Counted from the first letter of the stretch, positions 8,367 through 20,274 are shown. The stretch: 64,000 nt of DNA from an uncultured Planctomycetota bacterium (GCA_963823665.1 CAWGMQ010000006.1:64001-128000), one strand, 5' to 3'. A program made the numbers and translations. The notes: generated by a model from the sequence alone, not told the origin.

Positions 8367-10018
8367 GAGGCTGTGATTTTTTCGGCGTTGGGGTTGATTT
8401 TGTATAGTGTTCACGTTCTAATACCATGCATGTAGTCCGCCGCATGAGCCCCACGCAGCCCCGGTGTTGCAGGACGAGCGTCATGACACTTCCTCTCTTT
8501 AGCCCAGAAGACTTGCCCGATCAGCCCTCTCCCGCCCAGGCTGCCCAGTCGATGCCAACTGGCAAGCCGCGGCTGCGGTGTCCCGTACGCGACCAGATCG
8601 AGATGCGCTGGGCATCGCTCGATGAATTGCTCGAGGCCGACCATCCGGCCCGGGTCGTCTGGGCGGCGGTCTGCAAGCTCGATCTGAAAGCCTGGCTCGG
8701 CGAGATCAAGGCCGTCGAGCGACATGTCGGCCGAGATGCCACCGACCCGCGCTTGCTGGTCGGATTGCGGGTTTTCGCCACATTGAAGGGAGTCGGCAGC
8801 GCCCGTGAAATCGAACGGCTGTGCGAAAAGAACCAAGGGAGTCTGCCGTACCAGTGGCTGTGCGGCGGCGTAACCGTCAACCACAGCATGTTGTCCCACT
8901 TCCTCGCTTGTGGGGGCGAGAAGTTGAACGAACTGCTCACGCAGATCGTGGGCACCCTGCTCCATGCGGGGTTGGTGAAAATGGACCGGGTCGCTCAGGA
9001 CGGAATGAGAGTGCGTGCCAGCGCGGGCAAGAGCTCGTTTCGTCGTCGCGGTAGCCTGGAGGAGTGCCTGAAAGCGGCGAAGGAGCAGGTTGAGGCGCTG
9101 AAGAAACTGGCCGAGGAGGACACAGCAGAGCTGACTCGACGGCAGCGAGCGGCGCGGGAGCGTGCCGCCAACAAGCGACAGCAACGGATCGAAGAAGCGA
9201 TGCGGCAGTGCGAGGAGCTGCAACGCGAACGTGACGAGTCCTACGGCCGCAAGGGGCGGGAAGCGCGTGCTTCGACCACCGACCCCGACGCGAGGATCAT
9301 GAAGTTTCCAGACGGAGGATTCCGGCCGGGATATAACGTTCAATTCACAACAGACACCGAAAGCGGTGTGATTGTGGGTGTGGAGGTGACCAACGCAGGG
9401 AACGATGGCGAAGAACTTCCGCCCATGCTCGACCAGTTGGAGGAGCGTTACGAACGAATTCCGGATGAGGCATTGGTTGACGGTGGCTTCACGACCAAGG
9501 ACTCGATCGATCAGGCGGCCCAACGCGGCTGCATCGTATACGGGCCGATCAGAGACGAGAAAAAGAAACAGGCAAATGGAGAAGATCCCTACACCGCAAA
9601 GAAGGGCGACAGCGAAGCGGTTGCCGCTTGGCGGATCCGAATGGGGACCGAGGCCGCGAAGCTGATCTACCGGCTGCGAGGCCAAACAGCCGAGTGGGTC
9701 AACGCCCAGGCTCGCAATCGAGGATTCTGGTTTATGCCCGTGCGTGGCCAACCGCGTTGCCGCGCCGTCGCATTGTTGTTTGCAATTGCTCACAACCTGG
9801 TTGTCGCAGGGAGACTGTGCCCAGCGATGGGCAAACTGGCGGAATGAGCGGTACTTTGCAAAAAAGGGACAAAATAGGAAAGCGCGTTTGCGTCAACGGC
9901 TGGGCTATTGGAGAACTGGCGTGAATCGGCGGCACTAACCGAGCGACCAAGCGGTGAATCACAGCCGACTAGGCCCAACGGCCGAGTTACCGCAACGCGG
10001 CCAAAAGATGACAGCCTC
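8367..10018 (+). mobile_element. Complete IS1182-family insertion sequence (1,652 bp) with terminal IRs and 3-bp TCC target duplication
   Basis: Left end GAGGCTGTGATTTTTTCGGCGTTG; reverse complement of right end GAGGCTGTCATCTTTTGGCCGCGTTG; TCC at 8364-8366 and 10019-10021. Confidence 0.9.
8483..9847 (+). CDS. IS1182-family DDE transposase
   Basis: LDELLEADHPARVV, GRDATDP, SAREIERLC, YQWLCGG, AQDGMRVRASA, STTDPDARIMK, GYNVQ, LVDGGF. ATG 8483 preferred (ORF opens at 8426). Confidence 0.92.
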   Translation: MTLPLFSPEDLPDQPSPAQAAQSMPTGKPRLRCPVRDQIEMRWASLDELLEADHPARVVWAAVCKLDLKAWLGEIKAVERHVGRDATDPRLLVGLRVFATLKGVGSAREIERLCEKNQGSLPYQWLCGGVTVNHSMLSHFLACGGEKLNELLTQIVGTLLHAGLVKMDRVAQDGMRVRASAGKSSFRRRGSLEECLKAAKEQVEALKKLAEEDTAELTRRQRAARERAANKRQQRIEEAMRQCEELQRERDESYGRKGREARASTTDPDARIMKFPDGGFRPGYNVQFTTDTESGVIVGVEVTNAGNDGEELPPMLDQLEERYERIPDEALVDGGFTTKDSIDQAAQRGCIVYGPIRDEKKKQANGEDPYTAKKGDSEAVAAWRIRMGTEAAKLIYRLRGQTAEWVNAQARNRGFWFMPVRGQPRCRAVALLFAIAHNLVVAGRLCPAMGKLAE

Positions 10019-10061
10019 TCCGCGAAGGGTTTTCTGTCCAATGGTCCGTGCCGCGTGTGCG

Positions 10062-12296
10062 TTAATGGCCCTCCCGGCTCGCGTCCATCTTCGTTCGTGA
10101 TGCTTCTTGGAGGGGATTGGTATCGTCGGGCATGAGGTCGGCGCCGATTTCCCAGAAGAAGACGCCGCGGAAGCCTTGTTTCATGGCCCATTCGGTCTTG
10201 GCGGCGACGGATTCGGCGTCGTCGTAGCCGATCACGGATTTGTGGTCGGGGGCGATCAGCCAGGGGTTGCGCGTCTGTGCGTCCCAGATGCGCGTCCAGT
10301 TTTTCTCTTTCACGAGCTTGATCAGGTTGTTGTAACCGCCGCCGGGCACGCGAGTCCTCGGTGCGTCCTTGGTTGATGCGTACGGCTCCGCGACAGGGAA
10401 GCCGCGGCCGTAGAGCGGGATGCCCACCGCCAGGCGATTGGCGGGGATGCCACGCTCGTTCAGCAGGTATTTCATCGAGAGCTCGGTCGAGCGCGGAGGG
10501 CCAGGCTGCTTCGACGAGGCGAAGAGCGGTGAGTGGTGGCCGGCGTAGTTCGTCCAGTTGCCCGTGTAGTCATAGGTCATGACGTTGATCCAATCCATGG
10601 TTTCGAGCAGGAAATCCTTGCCCAGCCACTTGAGCGTGCCGGGGTTGGATGACGCGGCCATGGTCAGGAACATCGGCTGGTTCCGGGCCTTGCCGATCTC
10701 GTCGATCTGCTTGCGCAGGCGCCGGGTCAGCCGCTCGAAGCCGATCACCTCTTTCTCCTTGTCGGGGTATTCCCAGTCCAGGTCGATGCCGTCGTAGTCA
10801 TTGTCTCGAACCACGTCGATCACGGACTTGACGTAGCGATCCTCGGCTTCGGGCTTCGACACGATCGACGCGAACTGATCGTCCCACCCCCAGCCGCCCA
10901 GGGAGAGCAAGACTTTCACGCCGGCCGCATGAGCTTTGGCGGTCACATCACGGCTGGGGACATTCCGGTCTTTGCGAACGTTGCCATCCGCGTCGGCGAC
11001 GAGAAACGCATGGCAAAGGTGCGTATAAAGCTTGAAGTTGATGTGACGCGGATGGCCGTAAAGGTAGCCGACGAAGACCTTGGCGGGTTCCTTCGCGGTT
11101 GTTTCTTCGTGCGGAGTGCTCACGATCAAGTTGCGATCATCGGTCAAATTCAGATAGTAAACCATCGCCTTCGCGGGCAGGGTTGCGCTTGCGGTGTGGG
11201 TGGACTTGTCGATGGCGGCGGGTGCTGTTTTCCAGAGGCGAGTGGTCCAGGAGCCTGGGTCTTCCGTGTAAAGCAGCTCCGCCTTCATGACCGGTGTCTT
11301 GCTCTGGAATCGGGCCCAGACGTGCTGGCCGTCGCGGCCTTGCTTCTCGACGGTCGCGAGCGGGGCCCCCTGCCCCACGATTGCGTTTGCAAACGCGAGG
11401 ATCTCGGGCGGGTTCTCGCCGGGACCGTTGTGACCGTGAGGCATTCGCAAGCGGATGCACAAGGTGCTCGGCCCGGGGACCGTGCGATACGACTTTTGCA
11501 GTGAGTCGAGCGGGTAGGCAAAATCGTTCGTGCCAGTGACCCAGAGCATGGGCATCCTGGCGTTCTTGAGGTAATGCGACGGATCCCACATCGCGAGCCA
11601 GCGGTCACCTTTCGAACCCAGTCTTTTGAACTCCGGTGCCCACGCCGAGTTGTCGCCCAGGTAGCCGCAGCCGTAGACCGGAACGGCGAACTTGAAGCGG
11701 TCGTCGAGGCCGGCAACGATGCAGGTGAGGTATCCGCCCCAGGAGATTCCGGTGATGCCGATGCGATCGGGGTCGACCTCGGGCATCGCGCGGAGCAGGG
11801 AGTGTGCCCGGATGACGTCGCTCACGGCGTGATAGGGCCACTGTTCGGACATGGGCTCGTCGGTGTGTTCGAAGTCACCCCAGCCTGGTGGGCCGCCTGC
11901 CTCGTGGCGTTCCCATTTTCCGTAGCTTCCCTTCGGCACGCAGCCGCAGGTGTCCATGGCGATGGCGGCATAGCCGCGCGAGACCCAGAGCCTTACCCAT
12001 GAGTCGAACGCCGTGCCGCCGCCGCCGTGCACCAGGACGATTCCGGGCGCTTTCTTGCCGGGTTCCAGCTTGGGAATTCCGACCCAGGCGAAGACATGCG
12101 TGGGCTTGCCTTTCCAGGGGACACCCTCGAAGAAGATTGCCTTGACGCCTTCTGCTTCAAAATCGGGCGCGGGGGTGTGCTCGGGGACGGAAAGGGCGTG
12201 CTGCGGCAATGTCATGGGGCGCGGCTCGTCGGCTGCGTGGAGGCGCGCGGGGACGGCGGAGACCGCTAGCACGAGCAGAACGGTGAAGCGATTCAT
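10062..12296 (-). CDS. Secreted two-domain enzyme: alpha/beta-hydrolase (acetylxylan-esterase-like) fused to GH18 chitinase
   Basis: Signal peptide MNRFTVLLVLAVSAVPARLHA; LVHGGGG and GITGISWGG; LSLGGW, DGIDLDWEYP, VMTYDY, GIPLYGR, GVFFWE. Confidence 0.88.
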   Translation of the reverse strand: MNRFTVLLVLAVSAVPARLHAADEPRPMTLPQHALSVPEHTPAPDFEAEGVKAIFFEGVPWKGKPTHVFAWVGIPKLEPGKKAPGIVLVHGGGGTAFDSWVRLWVSRGYAAIAMDTCGCVPKGSYGKWERHEAGGPPGWGDFEHTDEPMSEQWPYHAVSDVIRAHSLLRAMPEVDPDRIGITGISWGGYLTCIVAGLDDRFKFAVPVYGCGYLGDNSAWAPEFKRLGSKGDRWLAMWDPSHYLKNARMPMLWVTGTNDFAYPLDSLQKSYRTVPGPSTLCIRLRMPHGHNGPGENPPEILAFANAIVGQGAPLATVEKQGRDGQHVWARFQSKTPVMKAELLYTEDPGSWTTRLWKTAPAAIDKSTHTASATLPAKAMVYYLNLTDDRNLIVSTPHEETTAKEPAKVFVGYLYGHPRHINFKLYTHLCHAFLVADADGNVRKDRNVPSRDVTAKAHAAGVKVLLSLGGWGWDDQFASIVSKPEAEDRYVKSVIDVVRDNDYDGIDLDWEYPDKEKEVIGFERLTRRLRKQIDEIGKARNQPMFLTMAASSNPGTLKWLGKDFLLETMDWINVMTYDYTGNWTNYAGHHSPLFASSKQPGPPRSTELSMKYLLNERGIPANRLAVGIPLYGRGFPVAEPYASTKDAPRTRVPGGGYNNLIKLVKEKNWTRIWDAQTRNPWLIAPDHKSVIGYDDAESVAAKTEWAMKQGFRGVFFWEIGADLMPDDTNPLQEASRTKMDASREGH

Positions 12297-12554
12297 GGCC
12301 TTGACCTGACGAAAGAAGACGCAGTTCGGTCGCGGTGTTTGATGCCGCGATCGATTATCGTGGGGTGCGACTGGAGGGTCAATCCGGCTGACAACGCGGA
12401 TTTCCGCGGCCCGATGATAATCAATCCCAACGCGGCAGCGCGGCATTGTTGGGCGCGGGTCTCTGACCCCGCCCCGCGGCGCGACCGCAGTTCTCCGAGA
12501 TGCACAGACGGCGTGGAGATCCTATGGCGGATGACTATGTTACTGGTCTCCAGG

Positions 12555-12584
12555 TTGAAACAGAAGGAAACGAAGGTAACGAAG
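12555..12584 (+). repeat. Dispersed purine-rich repeat TTGAA(A)CAGAAGG(A/G)AACGAAG(G/A)TAACGAAG
   Basis: Related copies at 38003-38031, 53383-53411 and 58045-58073, partial near 37960. Confidence 0.75.
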
Positions 12585-12630
12585 AATTCAACGATATGGG
12601 GTTGGGGTCGCGAGGGGAGATGGATCGAGG

Positions 12631-15532
12631 TCAGGATCCGGACGGTTTTTCGATCAGGATGTCACCCAGGTCGAGTTTCTCGCCGGGCTTGACGGTGAAG
12701 TCTTTGCGGATCTGGACGCCCTTTCGGTCGACATTCCTGGTTGAGTAGTCGCTGATGCGGTAGAGCGCGCCTGGGATCAAGACCGGGAAGGTGATTCGTC
12801 CGGCGGCGTCCGTGAGCTGACGATCCGCGTAGTGATCGCGATCGATCGCGCCGACAGAGTCTGCGTCGGCGGCGAGCTGGGATTGACCGTTCTTGTCGAA
12901 GGTCATCCAATGCGGGCCGGGGGTGACCAGGATCTCGAAAATAGACAACTGCCTCAGATCGACGGAGGCGAGTGGCTTGCCGTCGGGGCCGACGAACCGG
13001 GCCACGGCCTGGCCGCAGGGCTCGAGCTGGATGGTCAGTTCCTTGCCGGTTTGCTTGCCGGCGAGCTCGGCGGCGGCGCCCCACTGGTTCACGGCGTCGA
13101 GGAAATAGACTGGTACGGTTTTCTCGGGGTCGAGGCCGTTCAGCTCGAAGACGCCATCGATCGCTGCTTGGCGTTTGAAGTCGCCCCTCCATTGGGGGCG
13201 GTAGTTTTCGATGTGAAGTCGGGAGAGGATTCTTGCTTCCTTCACCGCTTGTCCCTGAGGGCCGATGACCCGACCGCGCACTGTGTTTCCCCGACGGAGC
13301 GCGACGTCGATCGTTTGGGTCGGGGTTCCGGCCTGGGCTTCATAGGCGAGGATCTTGTGGGCATAGTTGCGGCGACCACCCGGCTGACCGTTGCGGAGCA
13401 TTCGGTCGCCGATCGATTCGAGGATAAAGTCGGGGCTGGGGCCGAAGATCAGCATATGGCCTTTCCCGGGAGGGACGACGATCTGGAATGAACCATCGTC
13501 CTTGCTGGCGACGATGGAAAATGAACCGCCTTGATTGCTCGCGCGGGGATTCGTCGACTGGAATTGCACAGTCGCGCCCGAAAGCACAGTACTCGAGGCT
13601 TGCTCGGTGACCTTGCCCCGGATCAGAGCGCCGCGAGGCAGCGGGATGTCGAGGTGTTTCCGCACGGCACCCTTGGTCCATGCAAACTCGACTGGCGGAG
13701 AAAGGTAGGGCTGGCCACTGGTCGGATACGCGGTCACGCGGAAATGATCACCTGTGGAAGGGTTGGCCTCGAATCGGCCCTGCGCGTCGGCGCGGAACCG
13801 CGTTGTGAACATGCCGCCGAGCCTGCCCTCGCCGGCTGCAACCGCGATGGTTGCGTGAGGAATGGGCTGGCCGGAATCAGCGGCCAGGACCTGGCCTTCA
13901 ATGATTGTCGCGGGGCGGAGGGAAAGCGTGACGTCCCTCGGGCCTTGTCGATCATCGGCCTGGAGGCGCAGACCCAGACGCGCGTAGCGCGGGTCTCGGG
14001 CATCGAACAGGATCTCATCGCCGACGGCCAAACCGGCGAGCGCGAAACGGCCACGATCGTCGGTGCGAAGCGGCGCCGGCCAGACGCGGAGCCCTTCGGG
14101 AGGGAGATTCCAGAAATAGACTCCGTTGATCAGTCCACTGGTGTAGCGGTGGCGAATCTGCGCCACGTGAACCTCGACATCCGCCGCCGGCTGGCCGTTC
14201 ACGTCCACCAGCCGGGCGCGGATGGGCTGTTCGGGTCGAAACCGGATCTGGACGGACGGTTCGCGGGCATCGGGGTTCAGTCGCCGTCCACGACAGCCCG
14301 TAGCCGGGGGCTTTGGCCAGGGCGTAGACGTCGAAGAAACGAGCCGAAGAGGTGCGAGTGATGTCGACATGGAACTGGCCGTCGTCGCCGGTTGCTCCCT
14401 GGCCCAGGAGGGTGTAAGCATCGAACTTTTCGGCGGCTGCCACGAACGGCGCGCGAGGCCGTCCGACGAAGTCGACTGGCACGCCCGGCATCGCTTTGCC
14501 GGCCGGGTCGACGATGGCGCCGGTCACGGTCATCGGGCCGGACGTGGCATCGGTGGGACGAGCTTTCGGGTGCGACTGCCCGTCGGCGCGGCGCTCAGGC
14601 TCGGCCGAAGCCGGTGGTATCTGGATGGTAAGAGGCGTGCCGGAGAAATAGCGAGCGGCGGCGATGACGCTCAGCGCCAGCAGGGTCCACGCGGCGAAAC
14701 GCAGTTTCATGACGATCGTCGCGTTGAGCACGTCGTGGGCCAGAGCCGAGGCGGAAGCAGGAACCGAAGCGTACCCCACGACGGTCGGTCGGCTCACGAA
14801 CTGGACGGCGGCGCGTGCCGTTGCCTCGCAGAGTTTGCAGGAGACGGATTCGGCGGCCGTTCGCGGTGCGAACGCGGCGGTCATTGCGACCGCCGGCGCC
14901 GCGATCCCTCGCCGCGTTAGTGCGCGGCGGAGCTTGGCGCGTGCTCGCGCCATCCGGCTGCGAATCGTGCCGGGCGGGCATTGGAGGCGTCGCGCTGCCT
15001 GATCGCCGGTGCACCCCTCGAGGTAGCAGAGCACGACCACACTTCTGAAGGATGACGCGAGGCGATCGATCTCTTCGTGAAGCGCCTGGCATTGCTCGCG
15101 GCGAGCGGCCTGTTGCTCAGGTGACGGGAGCGGCGAGGTGGTGTCGAGCGGCGTGTCGACCAATTCGTGAGTTTGTCGCCGGGCATGCCTGAGCTTCGCC
15201 TTTCGTGCCGTTCGAATCGAGACCTGATGCAGCCACGTTGCCAGGAGGTCGGGTTCGCGGATCGAGATCGCTCGGCGAGCGAGTACGAGGAAGACCGCCT
15301 GGAACGCGTCCTCGGCCTGATGCTGATCGCCGATAACCTGCCCGCAGACGCGTAAAACCATTGGCCCGTGTCTGGAGATGAGTGCGGTGAAAGCTGCCTC
15401 TCCGGCCCGGTCGGGGCGGTTGATGAACCGCTCGAGGAGTTGCCGGTCAGCAAGTCCAGCGACTGATTCGCCGTCGAAGATTGACTCGATCTGCCGGATG
15501 ATCGTGCGTTGTGCCGCTTGGGTCATCAGCAT
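12631..15532 (-). CDS. ECF sigma-70 factor with TM helix and long C-terminal beta-sandwich (carboxypeptidase-regulatory-like) extension; one frameshift near 14285
   Basis: DRQLLERF, AFTALISRHGPMVLRVC, AEDAFQAVFLVL, VVVLCYLEG, GTIRSRMARAR; TM FAAWTLLALSVIAAA; continues in ORF 12631..14421 with repeated G-x-V/TDxxGRF modules. Confidence 0.88.
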
Positions 15533-15733
15533 GTGCTCGCCGGGGACAAAGGCCGTTCGCGTTAAACCCGTATTGATAGAGCCCGGATGCGACTCGTCGT
15601 ATCCCAGGCAGTCTCGAACGATTCACTTCGAAGACCCCGGAAAAACGGTTCCTTCGATGTTATGATCAATCTGGTGCCGCTCGCGAGCGCCGGGATTCGA
15701 TTTTGTTCGTCGATGTTTCCTGAGGGGTGCGCA

Positions 15734-16618
15734 ATGCCGTCGCCGTTTCCAGGAATGAATCCTTATTTTGAGCGGTCGACGATCTGGCTCGATTTCCACA
15801 CCGAGTTTTTGACGTCCCTGCGCCGACTTCTGGTCCCGCAAGTGGCACCCAAGTACTTCGTGCATCTTGACGAGCACGTTTACATCCACGATGCACCCAC
15901 TCAAGAACGGCGGTGGGTCGTTAGATCGGGCCTTTCCGTCGCTCAAGGTGAGGGTCTCGTGCCGGAACGCCCAGGTGTGGGTCTGCTGGAAGCACCCGCC
16001 GAGGTCTTTCTGCCGGACCAGGACCTTGAGGGAGTTCCATTTCTCGAAATCCGCGACCGAGACGAGCGCGAGCTGATCACCGTTATCGAGCTGCTCTCCC
16101 CATCCGACAAAAGACCCGGCCCGGATCGTGAGCAATATATTGCGAAACGGCGGGAGTATCTTCGTAGCGCGGCGCATCTTGTCGAGATCGATCTCCTTCG
16201 AGGGTGGAAGCCCATGCCGGCTCACGGCCGGCCGGAGTGTGATTACTCAATCATGGTGAGCCAGGCGGAAAAGCGCCGTGCTGCCCTATTCTGGCCGGTG
16301 AGATTGAGAGAAAAATTACCGGTCATCCCGATACCGCTGCGGCAACCGGATGGAGCGGCGCACGTTGATCTTCGGGAGGCGCTCAACAGGGCATATGACG
16401 GTCCGGGATACGAGCGCGTGCTCTACCGTGGCACACCAGAACCGCCGCTCTCGGCCGAAGACGACGCATGGGCGCGGGAGCTCATCGCGGCGCAGAGGCG
16501 AGCGTCGCACGTCGATGAACCAACGATCGCTCGGGCATGGCACGTGCATAGCCTAAGTTCGTTCGTAGGATCACTTTCGTGCCGCTATCATCTTGACAAT
16601 GGCATAGCGATCGGATAG
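15734..16618 (+). CDS. DUF4058 family protein
   Basis: MPSPFPGMNPYFE start, LITVIELLSPSDK, HLVEIDLLRG, LPVIPIPL. The C-terminal tail may be over-extended. Confidence 0.85.
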   Translation: MPSPFPGMNPYFERSTIWLDFHTEFLTSLRRLLVPQVAPKYFVHLDEHVYIHDAPTQERRWVVRSGLSVAQGEGLVPERPGVGLLEAPAEVFLPDQDLEGVPFLEIRDRDERELITVIELLSPSDKRPGPDREQYIAKRREYLRSAAHLVEIDLLRGWKPMPAHGRPECDYSIMVSQAEKRRAALFWPVRLREKLPVIPIPLRQPDGAAHVDLREALNRAYDGPGYERVLYRGTPEPPLSAEDDAWARELIAAQRRASHVDEPTIARAWHVHSLSSFVGSLSCRYHLDNGIAIG

Positions 16619-16813
16619 CCAATGAGGGTTGCTGCGAGTCATCCGCCAACGCGGGAACGCGTGCGTGGATCCGCAGGCTCCTGCACCCGCCATTCCTCGC
16701 TTGGAAGTTCTCTTTCAAACATGCTGTAATCTGACCATGAACGCGTTGCGGCCTGCCTGCGCCGCGACCGAAGTTGTTTTGATTGTTGAGGATATGACTG
16801 GTGCCGAAGCAGT

Positions 16814-18368
16814 TTGCCGGATCGGAATTCGGACGAGAGAAGGTACTTACGCTGTCCATTTACCCACGAGAGAGCGCTGGAAGGGACGACTTTGGCTGAA
16901 CGTGCGGCCGACGGAAAGAAACTGCAACGGGTGATCGTGATTGGCGGCGGGCTGTCGGGATTGACGGTCGCGCACCGGATTCACGAGCGCGCGCGGGCTT
17001 TGCGCCGGGGGGTCGAGCTGGTGGTGCTCGATGCCAGGGACCGCGTGGGAGGGGTGATCAGCACCGAGCGATTCGACGGCTTCACGCTTGAGCATGGTCC
17101 GGATTCGTTCATCACCAACAAGCCGTGGGGGCTTGATCTCTGCCACAAGCTCGGGCTCGCCGATCAGTTGATCGAAACGGAGGCCAGCAAACGGCGATCG
17201 TTCGTGGTGCGCAATGGCCGGCTGGCGCCGGTGCCGGAAGGCTTTGTTCTCATGGCGCCGAACCGGTTGCTGCCGATCCTGACGACACCGATCTTGTCGC
17301 TGCGCGGCAAGCTGCGGCTGCTGATGGATCTGGTGATTCCGAGGCGGAGCGACGAATCGGAGGAGAGCCTGGGATCGTTTGTGCGCCGCCGGTTCGGCCG
17401 CGAGGCGCTCGACCGCCTGGTGCAGCCGCTGGTGGCGGGAATCTACACGGCAGATCCCTACGACCTGAGCTTGAACGCGACTTTTCCGCAGTTCCCCCTG
17501 ATGGAGCGGGAGCATGGCAGCGTGATCCGAGCGCCTGCGCCGAGATGCACGCGAGCGAGGGCCGCGGCATCTCGAGAAACAGGCTTCCGGTGCGCGTTAC
17601 GGCCTGTTTGTAACGCTGGCCGACGGCATGGACATGCTGCCGGAAGCACTGGCTGAAGCGCTTCCACCCGGGACTGTTCGCACGAGCACGGCGGTGCGAC
17701 GCATCACCCGGAATGAACCGGTTTCTCCCTGGCTGGTCGAGCTGCTCGATGGTCCTCCGCTCGAAGCCGATGCGGTTGTGGTGGCAACAGAGGCCCACGC
17801 GGCGGCGCGCTTCCTGGACGCGCAGGACCCGGTGCTTGCGCTTCAGCTCCGGGCGATTCCGTATGCCTCGTCACTCATCGCCAACGTTGCTTACCGGCGC
17901 GACCAGATCAGCCATCCGCTCGACGGCTTCGGCGCGGTTGTGCCGGCGACGGAGCGGCGGTCGATCCTGGCGGTCTCGTTCCTCTCCGTAAAGTTCCCCA
18001 ACCGGGCCCCGGCGGGAACCGTGCTCCTGCGAGTCTTCATCGGCGGCATGACCCAACCCGAACAGCTCGAGCACGACGATGCCGCCGTGACCGCGCTCGT
18101 GGGGCAGGAACTCGGCGGCTTGATCGGGGCCTCGGGAGAGCCGATTTTCACGAGGATCACCCGGCACCCGCGAGCGATGCCGCAATACAACCTCGGGCAC
18201 CTCGATCGAGTGGCCGCGATTCGACGCAATCTTGCCAAGTACTCCCGTCTTTATCTGGCCGGCATCGGGTACGATGGTGTCGGGATTCCGGACTGCATTC
18301 ATGCCGCCGGAGTCACCGCCGATTTGCTGATCGATGCACTGGCCAGCCCGGCTGCGTCAGCCGCGTGA
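16814..18368 (+). CDS. hemY: Protoporphyrinogen/coproporphyrinogen oxidase (HemY-type); frameshift near 17535
   Basis: VIGGGLSGL, LEHGPDSF, PLVAGIY in ORF 16814..17656; SVKFPNRAP, AMPQYNLGH, GVGIPDCI in ORF 17628..18368. Start uncertain. Confidence 0.92.
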
Positions 18369-18431
18369 CCGCGGAGTCACCCGGGTCCAGCAATCGCAAA
18401 CACGGAAAAACAACCTTGGAGTGGATTGGAC

Positions 18432-20210
18432 ATGCCGCGCACGATCGCCTTGCCGAACGCGAAGCCCGCCCGCAGCGCGGGGTTTCTGTTTGCCGCACTT
18501 CTCGCCTGCTGGCAGATGGCCGCGGCGCCGGAGCCAGCGCGGGCACAGACGCCCAAGGCGACGTCGACGCAAGACCAGACGAAGCCCGCCGGTCCGGACA
18601 CGAAGAAGGCCGCTGGGCCGGCGACCAAGAGGCGCTCGGTCCGCGCAGGCCGACGCGGGCGGATATCCTGCGCGCGGAGTATGGACCGTATCGCGCCAAC
18701 AACGACCTTTTGTACTACCACCTGGACGTGCGCGTTGATCCCGAGAAGAAGACGATCGGCGGCAAGAACACAATCCGCTTCCGGATGCTGGTCGACGCCA
18801 CCAAGATCCAGCTCGACCTGAGCCCCGCGCTTGCGGTGGACAAGATCCTCCTCGGCGAGAAGCCGCTGACATTTGAACGCGAGGAAGGCGCGGTCTTCGT
18901 GACGTTTCCGGAGCGGCTCGTGCAAGGCAGGGAGTACTCGATCGACTTTCATTACTCCGGAACGCCGAGAACGTCGGGGCGATTCGGCGGCTTCACGTTT
19001 GGCAAGGACCCGGAGGGCAAGCCGTGGATTTACACGTCGTGCGAGGGCCAGGGGGCGAGCGTCTGGTGGCCCAACAAGGACCAGTGGCGCGACGAGGTCG
19101 AGTCCATGGACCTGAGCGTGACGATACCGAAAGAGCTGGTCGACGTATCCAACGGAAGATTCGCCGGCAAGAAGGACCTGGGCGACGGCTTCACGCGGTG
19201 GGATTGGCATATCAGCTATCCGATCAATAACTACTGCGTGTCGATCAACGCCGGCAATTATGTTCACTTCGATGACAAGCTGGGCGACCTGACGCTTGAT
19301 TTCTACGTATTGCCGCGGAACCTGGAAAAGGCCAAGAAGCAGTTTGCGCAGGCGAAGGGGATGATCGAGGCGTTCCAGCATTACTTCGGCGAGTATCCGT
19401 TCCATAAGGACGGCTACAAGCTGATCGAGGTGCCGTATACTGGGATGGAGCACCAGAGTGCCGTGGCCTACGGGAACCGCTTTGCGAACGGCTATTACGG
19501 GAACGACTTGACGGGAACCGGGATCAGCATGCGGTTCGATTACATCATCATCCACGAGAGCGGCCACGAGTGGTTCGGCAATAGTGTGAGCGCCGTCGAC
19601 AAGGCGGACATGTGGATTCACGAGGGCTGGACGACCTATACCGAGTGCCTCTATGTCGAGTACCTGTTCGGCCGCGACGATGCGCTCAAGTACACCAACG
19701 GCTACAAGCGGATGGTGCAGAACCGCCGGCCGATCGTGGGCAAGCGAGGAACGAACATCGAGCCGGACAACGATCAGTACTTCAAAGGGGCCGTGTTCTT
19801 GAACACGCTGCGCAGCGTGGTGAATGACGACAAGAAGTGGTGGTGCGTCTTGCGCGGGTATCATGACCGGTTCAAGTACAAGAGCATCGCCACCGAGGAT
19901 GTGGTCGAGTATTTCAACAAGGCGACCGGCAAGAATATGACGCCGATCTTCGATCAATACTTGCTGCATCCGGCGATTCCGGTGCTCGAGCTCAAATTTG
20001 ACGAACCGGGGAGCAAGGTTCTCCTACCGCTGGAAGGCTGATGAGAAATCGTTTGCGATGCCGGTGAAGGTGGGCACGAAGGAAAAGTGGGAAGTGATCG
20101 AGCCGACGACGGAATGGAAGGACATGAAGACGACGCTCAAGAAGGACCAGTTCGAGGTGGCCACGGATCTTTATTACATCGGCGTGAGCAAGACCTCCGC
20201 GGGGGGGTGA
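18432..20210 (+). CDS. Secreted M1-family aminopeptidase; frameshifts near 18630 and 20020
   Basis: Signal peptide in the 18426 frame; GMEHQS and HESGHEWFGN...WIHEG in the 18365 frame; C-terminus YRWKADEKSFAMPV in the 19998 frame. Confidence 0.9.
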
Positions 20211-20274
20211 GTCTGGGCTGTTGAGTATTCCCGACCAGGAGCGGTTATTTCCCGCCGCGTATGTTGCGCGAAGC

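Noticed and set aside
7097..16813. Genomic island splitting a hemE-hemY operon
   Set aside because: No integrase or flanking direct repeats seen; cannot be supported without synteny data.
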